Positions 1 to 12,366 of a DNA stretch of 64,000 bases are shown piece by piece. Within the stretch, counting starts at the first letter, position 1, and every line of letters starts with the position of its first letter. A model generated the notes under the pieces. It searched no databases and was not told the origin of the DNA. It worked only from the letters and a program-made list of their open reading frames with translations. The stretch is from Rhynchobatus australiae (Eukaryota). The position numbers were made by a program, and so were the translations under genes. Location of the stretch: positions 14,477,471 through 14,541,470 of the forward strand of contig JAUZTB010000062.1 in the NCBI GenBank assembly GCA_034780895.1. Reading direction: 5' to 3'.

Positions 1-3000
1 ATAAAACTAAAAAAAATTTGAAAATTGATAGTTTTATTGACATGATCCAGCTGGGAAATAGGTTAAAACATTAGAGGTAAAAATATAATTGAAAAGTGGG
101 GACTTCATGCAAAGTGCTTAAAGTACTGAGTTTTCAGTCTAAGCGCTCCATGCATTGCAGGCATGGACACCACATTGTAATCTTCATTCATTTATGCACA
201 GCTCACAGTAACAAAGGCCTGTTCATTCAGAAGAGGGTTCACAGCTTAAAGGGGTGGGTCAAGGCAGATGGTGGGAGCTCGCCTCAGTTGCGTCACCTTT
301 AAGAGGGTCCTTACCCATTTATCCATTAAATCTCTTGACTCTACCCTTGCCTCAGCGTGACACCCACCCCACCCTTCTCCAAGTTCACAACACCTCAATT
401 ACCACTTACCCCTCCCTCCCTCTCCCATCCACCGATCTGCTGGGGTGATTCAACACCCAACCACTGACCCCACTCCCTCAACCTCCAACACAAACACCTC
501 CAACCAGCCAACTAACAAACCCCTCCTAACTGCTGACCAGAATCTCTGATAACTGACCAACACTCCCAATGTCTCCAACTGTCAACCTCATACTCAGACC
601 CCTCAACCAGATATCAGTCCTTCTTACTAGCACCTAGCCACTCACTGATATCCTGACTATCAGTCCTCCCCAGCTGACCATCACAGATACTACCCCCTGA
701 CCATCAGGCCATGCCTTGACCAGTTATCCTACGTATTGACTTCTAATTCAACCAACCCCCCAACAGTCAACCCTCTTACCTTTCTTCACAACTTTCCCAG
801 TGGAGTGAGCAAAGGAAAGACCCTGAGAGTGCAAGGCCTGTTCAGGAGTGCGCACCTTGCCCACTACTGGAATTTTCCAGTGACAGGCTCTTGAACAAGT
901 GGTTTGTTGACCTGTCACATACAAGCCAAGTTTATTGTCATGTGCACAAATACAGTGAGGTACAGCTATGATGAAAAACTTGGTTGCAAACTGCCTGGTT
1001 TTCATGTCTTTACAGGCACCAACCAATTTCTAGACATGTCATTCTCCCAGCTGACGTGTCCTGCTCATGGCTGCTCTGTAATTGGCTGTTAAAACTGATG
1101 ACTTTCCCCCTTGGATTCTCGTTGCACTTTACCTCCTCTGGAGGTGTGATGTGACCAGCGGCACTAAAAGTGTAATGTTTCTGTTGACCAACCCTATTGC
1201 AGTACTGACTACCAACAGTCCCAGATTATTCATGCAATACATGTAATTTTTGGGTTCAAAAATAATTGACAAGATTTTCCTCCCTGAATTAGATTTTAAT
1301 TTCCGAAATTAGACAAAGGACATAGGCCCCACATTTAAAGATGGAACTTAAACCTAGGAAAATTTGTTAAAGACTTCTTCTAAAGACTTTCCATGCTCCT
1401 ATAGGGCCTCTTATATTGACAGAGGCAGTTTTCAGTTACAATGACATTGTTTTGCCATTTATCCGTAGCTGTGTAAAACTGTGCTCACAGTGCAAATATG
1501 CCAGTGATCACATAATGCTGGACCGTGTGGTATCTATTTTCTCAATCAATTAATTAAATTGCATGCTGCTTGTGTTCTACATTTTTCGTTCTTCTGTCAC
1601 ATAATTTCTTGAAGAGATTTAGAGCTTCTATCCGCATCACATGCACTTTTGTGTTTCAATAGCTCGTTGACCATTAATTCAGTTGCACATAGGCTTTTCA
1701 GAGAAAGTAATAAAAACACAGAACAGTCTCTGATGGTGATGTAGTCAGGAAATAAGCTAAAACTTTTTAATGTTTAATGATTGTCCTTTACTGGCTATTC
1801 TGCCTATGCCATCGATTTATAGTTAAATATCAGCACTTTTTAATAGCTTTGTGAAAGCAGTCTATGTTTTGATGCCCACAGCCATAGACAAGAATCAGCA
1901 GCTGACAAAGTCAGATTTGGAGTCTCTTGGTTGCTGTGGCTGGCGCACTGCCAGGTTTCAGAATGAGGGTGGTCCCATTGTACTCAGTGGCCCCAAGGTA
2001 GCTACAGATTAGAAATATTTTTCAGCTTTTTTTTGCCACCAGTAAGGTTGACTTCTTTTCAGTGTTTCTTAAGGCAGTTTTTCTTTATTTCAATCTAAGT
2101 CTTCAAGGACTGTTCAGCCTTGTTTAGATTTGTCATTGAATATCGGTCACTGTATGCTGGATGGCCTCTGTGATGCAATATAGAGACCTAACTGTAGATG
2201 GGTGCAGCGGATGTGAGGGGGTGGAACCTTCCATTTAGCTTGTGGAGTGACAGGTGGATGATCCAATAGCAGGTTTGAGTATATGATGTTTTGTGAGTAT
2301 TAGACTATTTATGCTTCCATTTGGAGTCAATGGATGAAACACACTGCTTCCTGTTTCACCCTAAATCTAATAGTACCCTTAAATTAATACTGAATCATTT
2401 CAACTTTGTCCAGCTGCATGCAAATATTGATTTAGCTGGGATCCCTTTGAACACAATCCTCTTTGTGGTTTGTAATATGACACTATACAAATTGTCAAAA
2501 CCATTTAGCCTCTATTTGTAGTGACGTTTTTTATGGAATAGAGTGACAGAGGGGAAGAGCTGTATCATAACAGGAACATTGGGATTAATAGGGAAAAGAA
2601 GACCTCTCTTGGTAAACCATTCTCTTCTGCTTCTGTAGTTTTATAACCCCTTGAGTGAAAAAACTCTTGCTGGCTTCACTTTTTACTGATTTCTTAACCT
2701 TTAATTTGAATCCCTGCTTATTTGTATCTTCATTGTAGTAAACAAATATTTTAATGTTCTATGTAATAAACTTTTTATTGATAACTTTGATGTTCAGTAG
2801 ATTGTTCACCAGTATCATATCCTTGGCTTCTTCACTGTTGTGAAGTATCTACAGAGCACTACAGATGTAAAATATTTAAAATACAACATAAACTATTTAG
2901 GGGAGTGAAGGGGTATTGCTGCAATATGACACACAGCCAAATGCTATTGGCTGAGCAGAGGCTTGAAGAAATGGTAACAGCTACTATTGAAGCTTTGGGA

Positions 3001-3384
3001 TATTTGTCACAAATGTTTCAAAGAATATCTTTATGATCATTATGGAAGCTCGGTGATGTATGATCAGTGCTGGAGAAGGAGCAAACCCTTCAGGAATCAT
3101 TTCCTTGTAGAGAATTCTTATAACCTCAATTAATAAAAAAAATTGTTTAGATTTATCTAGCCAATATCATGCTTCATTCGCAAAGTATTCTTTATTTTTC
3201 AAATAACAAAGAAATGCACAAGGATGCAGTAAGGGTGTTTCTAAAATATAAATTCCATGGTCTTAACACATACAAAGTTTCTGTTAAAATACTTCTGCTC
3301 ATCTGTAAATCTCCTTATAACCTACCTGTCTCTGCAACTTCCTCTGTGCCCAGCTCAACAATCTGCTTCAGAAACAGTAAATAA

Positions 3385-3750
3385 GAAGGGGCCAATAGTG
3401 GCACAGCTGGTCGAACTCCTTTGTCACAGTTCCAGTGACTTGGGTTCAAACCTACCCTCCTGTGTTGCCAGAAGGATTTTGAACATTCTCCCTGTGACTC
3501 TGTGTGTTTCCTCTCGGTGTTCCATCTTCCTTCCCACCCAAAGCCAATATGCGAAATGGCCACTGTGAATTGTCCTATGTGTGTTGGTGAGTGGAATTCA
3601 GTGGGGCGATATGGGGGGTGGAGGGGGTGAAGCAGTTGGGGGAAGTTGATGAAATGTGGGAAGAATAAATTTGTATTAGTGTAGGATTAGTATAATTGGG
3701 TCAGTGTGGACTGACTATGCTGAAGGGGCTTTCTCTATGATTATCTGATT
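3385..3750 (+). mobile_element. tRNA-derived V-SINE (HE1-like)
   Basis: A-box-like TGGCACAGCTGG, B-box GGTTCAAACC, V-domain-like CATTCTCCCTGTGACT..GTTTCCTC..GGTG.TCC...TTCCT.CCCAC, and a CR1-type tail. Confidence 0.75.
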
Positions 3751-3819
3751 TATGAGCTAGCTCCCCCCCTCCCCCCACTGGGGCAGGGGAGAGGTTTGTA
3801 GATTTTACATAATTCAAGG

Positions 3820-3902
3820 GAAAATTAGGAAAGATGTTCAACACAGCTTTGTGGGCCGAAGGGCCTGAATTGTGGCGTAGTTTTTCTATGTTTCTATGTT
3901 CT
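3820..3902 (+). mobile_element. CR1 LINE 3' tail fragment
   Basis: CACAGCTTTGTGGGCCGAAGGGCCTGAATTGTG..(TTTCTATG)n tail, nearly identical to 48505-48560. Confidence 0.7.
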
Positions 3903-6024
3903 CACCCATAACGTGGTATAGAACTCACTGTCTGAGAGGGAAGAAGTGGCAGGTATCTTCATCACATTTTAAAAATGAATTGGAAATGTACTTAGAGCCA
4001 TGACCTGCAGGGCTGGGACATGTGCTAAAGTTGTTAAGCCCTTCCAGGGCCAACACAGTAGGCCCTCTGTGTAATAAATGTTCTGTAGTTTCGAAGTCTT
4101 GCAGTTGTCATGCCCCTAAACTGTGAATCTCTTCAGAAATCTATCTATTCTTACTNNNNNNNNNNNNNNNNNNNNNNNNNNNNNNNNNNNNNNNNNNNNN
4201 NNNNNNNNNNNNNNNNNNNNNNNNNNNNNNNNNNNNNNNNNNNNNNNNNNNNNNNACTTAAGGCACCTCCTAAAAATCCATATCTTCAATCATCATGTTC
4301 AAGGTTATTGTTGTCATAGGGTCATACATACACAGGGTATAAATAAATGCCATGAAAGTTAGCTTTTTGGAGCAGCAGTACAGTACATTAAAATCACAAT
4401 ACCTTACATTATACCCGTGGTCTAACTTTTTCCTAACTGCCACTCCATGTCCCATCCTTGTTGTGAAGAAATATTGGATGTTATTCTACACTGGAGGTTT
4501 TATTGTGATTGTCCCTTATTGGACAAGCCTACACCCACTATTCTTGTCCTGTACCTAATCCCACTTTCCTCTGTGTTTGTTTTCTTGAAAGAAAAACCTT
4601 CCCCAAATCACTTAAAAATAACCGTATTTTCTAATCCCCAACTGTTTCGACTTTGGTTCTTCATTTGTCACAATACTTCGGCACTTCTGACTTGCTTAGC
4701 ACAAACTTAACGACCATCTTTTATTTCCTTTACTTCCTTCCATCCTAATCTACTCTCAACCCCAATGAATACAGTGTGGAATGTAATATCCATCATCATA
4801 TCTTGCTCTGTTTCATTCAGCACAATCATGCCTTTGCCGTGATACCAAATCCATCCATTAGTCCGTGGTCACCCTGAAGTGCAAAACTAACTACTGGCTA
4901 CTTTTCTCCTCTACAACCCATCTCCTTAAACATTTCTTCACAATCCCTTCCACTTATTCCACAAATTGGAGGAGCTCTTGGATTATACTCTTGCCTTGCA
5001 CTTCATCATTTACCTTGTCTGGGACTATTTCCTTGGATCTCTGGTGGTGACCTAGACTCCCACAAGTTTGATACCCATTCACCAGCACCGTGGAGATTAT
5101 CTTGGCCTTCTGGCAGGAGTCAGAATCTCCTAATGAGATGTGCTAATAGGGTCAGGAATAAAAGGATCTGTAGTTTGTGGGGATGGGAATGCGGTTAATA
5201 TAATTGGTTGCTCAGTCGCTCTCAAGGTTAAAAGATGGCCAATAATTATTGCCAATCATTGTCTAATAATTAATATCCTGAAATATTACAAGAAACAAGA
5301 ACCATTTTAGAAAGTTAAATATAAACAAGTAGCTTTGTAAATAATACTATCTCTGATAATCACATCAAAAAATATAATAAACTTAAATTGGATCCAATTT
5401 AATTAGGCAGTAGAAACCCCCCAATGGATGAAAATTTAGATATGAGTAACTCAGTTTGTAAGGTAGCCAAGGCCCAATTAATATGTTCATTTTTCAAGAG
5501 TAATTTGCTCAATCCCATATCGATCATTTATACAGATTTTTGTGGCACATGCTTCATATTAGAAATGCAGGCCTTGTTTCTGGTTTGCCACAGGCAGAAA
5601 CAAAAGATAACATGGTGGATTTTAAACTGCACTGGTGATGCATTGATGGATTGATTGGACTAAAGTTCTTTTATACAGTTGTAGCCATAATGCCCATCCT
5701 TCCTTCATTGCTGGAATGGATTATTTTGCTTTTATTGCATTGTAATAAGTGGGAGTTTGCTGAATGCATCTTACCCGCTGCGTTTCATACATTGCAACAT
5801 TACCACATTAAAGGATTGCAGAGTCTTCCAAAAGCTCCTGAAACGGGTGTGATAGGACTGTAGAAATAAGTATTGTTCTATTGCAGGCATTTGCTCCATT
5901 TGTCGGGGTCTGTTGCAGACTATTAATAAGAGATTGATTGCGATAATTACTTAACAGCTGTCATGAATCATAATTATCAATATTCCTTTGCAAAGGATAA
6001 GGAACTTTGTTTCCAATGAAGATG

Positions 6025-6420
6025 TTTAGAGGCCAGCATTTGTTCATTTCTAATTGTCCTTGAGAGATAGAGGTGACCCACATTCTTGAACCACTGCAGT
6101 CCACACTGCACTCCCACAGAGATGTTGAGTAGGGACTTAACAGGATTTAAATTAAGCAAGGAATAGTGATATATTTCCCAGTCAGGATGGTGTGTGACTT
6201 GAAGGGCAATCTGCCAGAGATGGTAATCTCATGCACCAACCCTTGTCCTCCTTGTTAAAAGTCACATATTTGGAAGCCTGAGTAAGTTACTGGTGCATTT
6301 AGTAGATAATCTACATTGCAGCCATCATGTGCAGTTTTGGAGGGGAATGGATGCTTAAGGTGGTACCAGTCCAGCAGGATACTTTATCCTGGACGATCTT
6401 GACTTTCTAGAGAGTTGCCA
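6025..6420 (-). mobile_element. Old CR1-group LINE (family B) 3' fragment
   Basis: Reverse complement resembles 27150-27360 and 28580-28850; related copies at 47535-47900 and 54200-54760. Confidence 0.6.
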
Positions 6421-7646
6421 GAGATACAGAGTCTTACAGCATGAAACCAGGCCCTTCAGTCCACTGTCCACATGATCCAAAAGGCACCCATTTACATTAA
6501 TCCTACATCAAGCGCATTTTATTCTCCCAATATTCCCACCATCCCTCCAGCTTCTGTCTTTCGTCTACAGACGAGAGGCAATTTACAGCAGCCAGTTAAC
6601 CAATTTATCCAAGCATTTGGAGAAGGTTCCATCATACTCCTAATCTGAGCCCTGTGAATCATGGAAGTGCTTTGGGGAATTGGGAAATGAGTTACGTGCC
6701 TTCTGATACCTAGCCTCTGTTTTACCCACAATATTTACTGTATGTGCAAGAGCAGGAGTGCTTCAGTAATGTAAACTTAGCACATTGGGAAAGGTGCAGA
6801 GGGTTGGTTTTTGATGTTTGGTTAAAAAAATAACAATTTACTTTATGCAAAATGTATTTTAATATTTTTCCATGATGAGAGTAATATTAAATAATAATTG
6901 TGGATTTTGAAATGATTGTTGATTCCTTTAAAGAATTACAAAATAAACATCATATGTAGATTATATTGTGCAGTAAGGTAATACACAATGTATGTGCAGT
7001 GAGAGTCCTGCTCTACTTGTATGTTTGACTTCAGTACACAAATCACTAAAAGTTTTGCTGTGAGTTAAAGCTGGAAGGCTAATGTGGGCAAGAAGGCTGT
7101 AACCTTCTCAACCACCTAATCTACCTATGCTGCTGCCTTCAAGGATCCTTGGACATGAACTCCAAGGTTCCTGGTATGAAATACTTCAGTCTTCCATGGG
7201 CTGTTTCTCTGGCGTCCTTTGTAATTCCAGTCCAAGTAATTGCATGGATATTTATTGCATAATTGGGAGTTGTGCAATGCTTAGTAAAGGCACAAATAAT
7301 GGAAGTTTTAAATTCTGCTGAATAACATTTTTATTGATTAGCATGTTGGCATTAAACTTCTATTCAACATTTAACAAATCTGTTCTGTAGAAGTTTTTTA
7401 ACCAGTATATTAAAAATGGAACCAAAGAGCATTTCACCAGTAATGAGTTTTCACATTTTGCTTCACTTATAACTTGGGCTTTGGGTGTTAATAATTATTA
7501 ATGATAACAATAGTGTTCACTAATAATTAGCAAGAGCCAAAGCCCAGCACCTGCCATAGCTTTCCACTGTGCATGTGCAACAGCTTGTTCATAACACACC
7601 CTCCTATACCCTAATAGAAATTAAGGATTTGTTTTGGTTTTGGTAG

Positions 7647-7694
7647 ATTTATTCATGCCGAGGAAGCCAGAGTGAAAAGACGAAGAAATTGTGA
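7647..7694 (+). CDS. WIPI1: Probable terminal coding exon of WD repeat domain phosphoinositide-interacting protein 1
   Basis: The T-rich acceptor ttttggtag is followed in phase 0 by IYSCRGSQSEKTKKL* (TGA 7692-7694). This resembles the recalled human WIPI1 C-terminus (IILCRGNQKGKTKQS*), and it lies convergent to ARSG as in human. Upstream exons were not found in the window. Confidence 0.72.
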   Translation: MYSCRGSQSEKTKKL

Positions 7695-8371
7695 GACTGA
7701 AAAAACACGATTAATATCATGAGTGAAGATAGAGATTATAAACAGCACGATCTGAAGAATGAAGAGCCTGAAATTGGTATGCATGAATTGGAGTAATACT
7801 AACATTCTGCATTTCATGTTGTGTTGCAGATAAAGGCTGTGAATGGTATGTTTGTGAAGGNNNNNNNNNNNNNNNNNNNNNNNNNNNNNNNNNNNNNNNN
7901 NNNNNNNNNNNNNNNNNNNNNNNNNNNNNNNNNNNNNNNNNNNNNNNNNNNNNNNNNNNNAAAAGAGCAAAACAAAACTTCAGTGAGTTAACCCTGTGTC
8001 TAACACCAGCTTCAGTTATTGCAGGGGATCCAGAATGGGTGTGTTAGCAGGAAGAACACATTGCTGAACTAATCAAGATTAGCATTGCCACAATGAAAAG
8101 AATAATTACCTTTCTTTTAGTATGGATTTAAAGTTATTATTTTTAAAAGTTTTATAACACAGCATTTACTTTTGAAAATCTCATCCAGCATGTATTTTAT
8201 GCTGTATATATCCTAAACATATATAAATATAGCAGTTAGTCAACTCAGGCGATGTCTCCTCTCAGCCAAGCAAGCTGCCTAGAGTGGTGGTCAAATATTT
8301 TAACATGTCAAATGAAGTTGCACAAAATTGTAATGTTCACCAAATAATGTTGTAGTAGCAGTAGTAGTAGT

Positions 8372-8377
8372 AATAAA
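8372..8377 (+). terminator. Candidate polyadenylation signal (AATAAA) for WIPI1
   Basis: AATAAA ~680 nt after the stop codon in AT-rich UTR-like sequence; not verifiable without transcripts. Confidence 0.35.
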
Positions 8378-8559
8378 GTGTTGCAATATCCATTGTCTCT
8401 AATTACTTCATCAAGTTAATGCACTATTATTCTCTAGAGTGAGTTTACTTTTCAGACATTGCACATATTTTATACAATTTTTTGCTTTATATTTTAAATC
8501 TGGTTTATTCTACAACACCAAGCAAATGAAGCCCTGCATCTGCATAACACAAACTACAT

Positions 8560-8990
8560 GAGATTGATCTTATTTAATTCTTTGATGGTACTTGGGCATT
8601 ATTCTGCCACGGGTTGGGCAGAAGGTGGTTATTAGGACAAGGTGGCTGGGTAGTTTGGAAGTTGAAGCCTTGCTTCTGCCATTTCCACTCGGCTTCTGTG
8701 ACTTGAGCTTCCCAAATGTTCCTCCTCTATTTTGAAAGGTCACGTCCAGGAATTCCCACATTGGTGGAGATGTTACACATTTTCAATGAGGCTTTGGAAA
8801 CATCCTTGACTCATTTGATCTACCTGTCTTGTCCTTTCTTGCCATGACAGAGCTCAGGATGGAGTGACTGTTTTGAGAGTCTAGAGCCAGGCATGTGAAA
8901 AGCATGCTTTGCCCATCGGAGCTAACTCAGTTTAATTAGGGACTTAATGCTGGGAATATTGGCCTGCAAGAGGATGCATTAGTTAATTTA
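8560..8990 (-). mobile_element. Degenerate RTE-clade LINE 3' fragment
   Basis: Minus strand reads LRWAKHAFHMPGSRLSKQSLHPELCHGK, similar to the RTE C-terminal QLRWAGHVxRM..R.PK...Y.EL..G.R motif, with stop codons. Confidence 0.65.
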
Positions 8991-9511
8991 TCTTGAGGTT
9001 TCCACTATTGCAAAAGCCATTCTTTAGCCAATGTGATTTCAGGAAGCACCTAGGAGCACCAGGTAGAGCAAAGGCTACAGGACTGGAGAACATCCTGGAT
9101 GTGCTACTGAAGACCTGTGCTCTGGTCATTGGCATCCACCTGACAATGTGATAAATTGTCTGGGTATGTCCTGCTCACAACAAGCAGGACAAATCCAATC
9201 TGGCTAATTACTGCCCAATCAGTAATTCAATCATCAGCAAAATAATGGAAGTATATCTATTCAGAGATGCTTATTAACACAGCTCAAATCAGTCATGGAG
9301 TTTCTTGCAATTTACTTTCCCAAGTACTCTAGCTACACATGTCCTTTAAAGCACAAGGTCATCTTTCTCCAATGAAGACTATGAGCCAACAGCAGAATCT
9401 CAATATACACAACGCAATTAGCAACACTTAAAGACATAAACTCTTCATGTGACACCTGTACATCTTAAAATCCAATGAGGCAAAAAGCAGACCATTCAGT
9501 TCAACTAGTTT

Positions 9512-9712
9512 ATACCAATTCCTGCCACTGCCTGTAAGGAGTTTGTACATTCTCCCGTGTTTGCGTGGGTTTCCTCCGGGTGCTCCGGTTTCCTCCCACA
9601 CTCCAAAGGCGTACGGGTAGGTTAATTTGGGGTTTAAAATGGGCGGTGTGGACTCATTGGGACAGAAGGGCCGGTTACCACGCTGTATATAAAATATAAA
9701 AAATATAAATAT
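9512..9712 (+). mobile_element. V-SINE, 5'-truncated, relatively young
   Basis: Clean V-domain GGAGTTTGTACATTCTCCCGTGTTTGCGTGGGTTTCCTCCGGGTGCTCCGGTTTCCTCCCAC with CpGs retained; A-rich tail. Confidence 0.8.
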
Positions 9713-10889
9713 TTTTAGACTAGAAGCATGGAATTGTTTCAGTTCATCCACTCAGTCCCATTCCCATGCTCTTTCCATGGGGTTCTATAAATTATTTTAC
9801 ATCGAGTACTAATCTATTTCTCCTTTGAAAGCCTTGATTGACTCTGTTTCTACCACCTTTGATTGCCTTGAAATTTGATTGCACCTTTATTGGTGGGACC
9901 TCCCATTTTTATTGGAAGAGGTTGCATGACGATTAACATCACACCATTGCTCTAGGTATGGTTTCACACTGAGTGGCAAAGGATTGCTCTGTTGTGGCAA
10001 GGAAACTGCAGGTGAACATCAGCTGTCTTACCTGAATCAACTTAAAACATACTGCATGATGGCCTTGTACTTCTCATTTAAGGATAATTACATTTTATAA
10101 ATATTTTGCAGAAAAACAATTTGCCTCTAGGACTGTAGGAAATTAAAGTGCATGCTTATAATTGGCAGAACTGGAACAGTAGATGTGAAGATATACAACT
10201 GTTACATGAAGTGTTTAAGTCTTAAAGTGTTTCTAATTGTATCATGTATACTAAAATTCTGCTTTTGGCTCATGGTTTGTTTGTGTAAAATATTCTATTT
10301 TAGGCTGATGACCTTCTAAAGGTATGTTCAATGTGGAAAAAGCTGGCATTAGGATCAATAACTGTGACATTGTGTTTTATTCCATTTGATTAAAAATCAT
10401 TCCCATTTGTAAGCATGCAGAGTTAAACATTTCCCTTTAAACACTTATAAAAGCTTGTAACCTTCATTTTTTTTATTCCAGTCATCTGTGATAAATGTAA
10501 ACAGCTTTGGAGCATGCATCAAAACAGTTCTGCAAGAAACCAATAAAATTATGAAGATTTTTGCTAAAGTTTTAACAAACATCTCTTCAGATTACTTATT
10601 ACTTGGTCAATGTGCATATAATTTTTCATTATTGCTTACGCAGTTAAAGTTATGTTTTCATTACTGGTTTTATAACAATGTGCAATGTAATTCCTTACCT
10701 CAGAGAGATNNNNNNNNNNNNNNNNNNNNNNNNNNNNNNNNNNNNNNNNNNNNNNNNNNNNNNNNNNNNNNNNNNNNNNNNNNNNNNNNNNNNNNNNNNN
10801 NNNNNNNNNTACCTCAGAGAGATGTTGATGCGGAGTCTTGAGGTGTATTCAAGGCTGAGAGAGAGAGCTTCCTGTTTCATGTAAACAGA

Positions 10890-12366
10890 ACTTGAAAAGT
10901 TCATTGGTTTACCCTTAATTTCTGTCCTGCTCTCAGTGTTACAAGGTTCATCTCTCTCTTCACTTTCTGGATTTCTCTGCCTCCATCTCAGGGGACAGTT
11001 TAGCAACTGACATCCATTACAATCCCTCAACTATCACAACTGTACTTCTTCCTATCCTACTTCCTGAGAGGATTCCATTCATTTTTGCCGTTCCTCTGAC
11101 TCTGCTGCATCTATTCTAATGATGAGACTTTCCATAAAGGTGTTGCTTATATTCCTTTTTTCTTAACCATGGCTTCCCCATATACCATAGTGGACACAGC
11201 CTTTGACTGTATCTCATTTATTTCCTGCATCTTTACTCTTATTCCCTCTTCTCCCAGCCAGAAAATTGGTAAGGTTCCCTAGTTCTCGCCTTCCACGCCA
11301 CCAGCCTTCGTGTTTAATAGATCAGTCTTTGTGATTTCTTTTTCTACAACAAAGTTACACGACCATGCACATCTTTCCCTCTTTTGGCATTCCAAAGGCA
11401 CTGTTCCCTTTGTGACTCACTGGTCTGCTCTTCCATCTTCACCAATCCCTCTCTCAAAACACTTTTCCATGCAACCACACAAGAGGCAACACCTCTTCCA
11501 TCTTCATCAATTCATCTTCACCAATCATCCTTCATCTTTCACCAATCCATCTTTCACCAATTCATCTTCCATCTTCACCAACACCTCTCCCATCTTGTTC
11601 CTTCGCACCATTCAGGGACTGAAACAGTCACTCCAGGTGAAGCAGCAATTCACTTGCAATTTTGATGGACATTCCTGACTTGTCCTCCTCTACAGTATAG
11701 AAACCAAACCCAGACTGAGTGACAGTTTTGCAGATACATCTGCTCATTCCGCATGTGCAACACTGAGCTTCCAGTTTCTTGTCACTTTGATTTTCCATTC
11801 CACTCCCACTCTGCTCCCTGCCTGTTCCAACAAAACCTGAGCAACAGCACCTCCTCTGACACATTGCTGCCTGTGGGACTCAATATTAAATTCAACAGTT
11901 TCACACATCTTACATTTCCTGTTCGGTATCAGAACTGGCCAGTTCGGCTGAAAAACTATCCACCTGTAATATTAAAACATTTTTTTTCTTTCTGTGGGCA
12001 TTTCCTGCTTTCTCCAGTGGGTTTCAGGCTTCAGTAACACCAGTTATCTGCATTTCACAGCTTTGACATTGCTCCTTTGTCTTCCATCTCTCTAACTGTT
12101 GTCATTAACCTAGCAACCAGATAGTTCAGTAAACATTGTGATCACCTGGGCATTCCTAGCTTCACCCTTTGACCTCACCATCCTTCCCCACACTCTCTGC
12201 AACCTAACACCGACTTGTTATCACACCTTCCAAGTTCTAATGAAATGTCCTCAACCTGAAACATAACTTTTTTTTATCTTTTTTCCACAGATGCTGCCTA
12301 ACCTCATGAGTGCTTCCAGCATTTTCTGGTTTTAGATTTCCAGCATTTGCAGTTTTGTGATTTTCA
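10890..12366 (+). mobile_element. Degenerate Penelope-like element (GIY-YIG region plus 3' terminal repeat)
   Basis: TIQGLKQSLQVKQQFTC and LLYSIETKPRLSDSFA (decayed LYIGET..RL..RF). It ends in the GATGCTGCCT..CC..CTGAG..TCCAGCA terminal repeat and splits a CR1 tail (10820-10860 and 12375-12515). Confidence 0.7.
11495..11585. repeat. Imperfect tandem repeat of (CCATCTTCACCAAT)-like units inside the Penelope remnant
   Basis: About 5-6 degenerate copies of catcttcaccaa are visible directly. Confidence 0.75.

Noticed and set aside
440-760. C-rich quasi-periodic tract with CTGACC-like units
   Set aside because: Too degenerate to define a unit or a function; likely low-complexity or old repeat debris.
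1095-1115. TDDFPP as the penultimate WIPI1 exon end (..ENEFPP)
   Set aside because: Not followed by a GT donor, and an in-frame stop lies just upstream.
3395-3455. tRNA gene
   Set aside because: The A and B boxes belong to a SINE head; there is no cloverleaf.
11432-11590. Short repeats as a CRISPR-like array
   Set aside because: No unique spacers of regular length; this is slippage-type tandem repeat in eukaryotic DNA.
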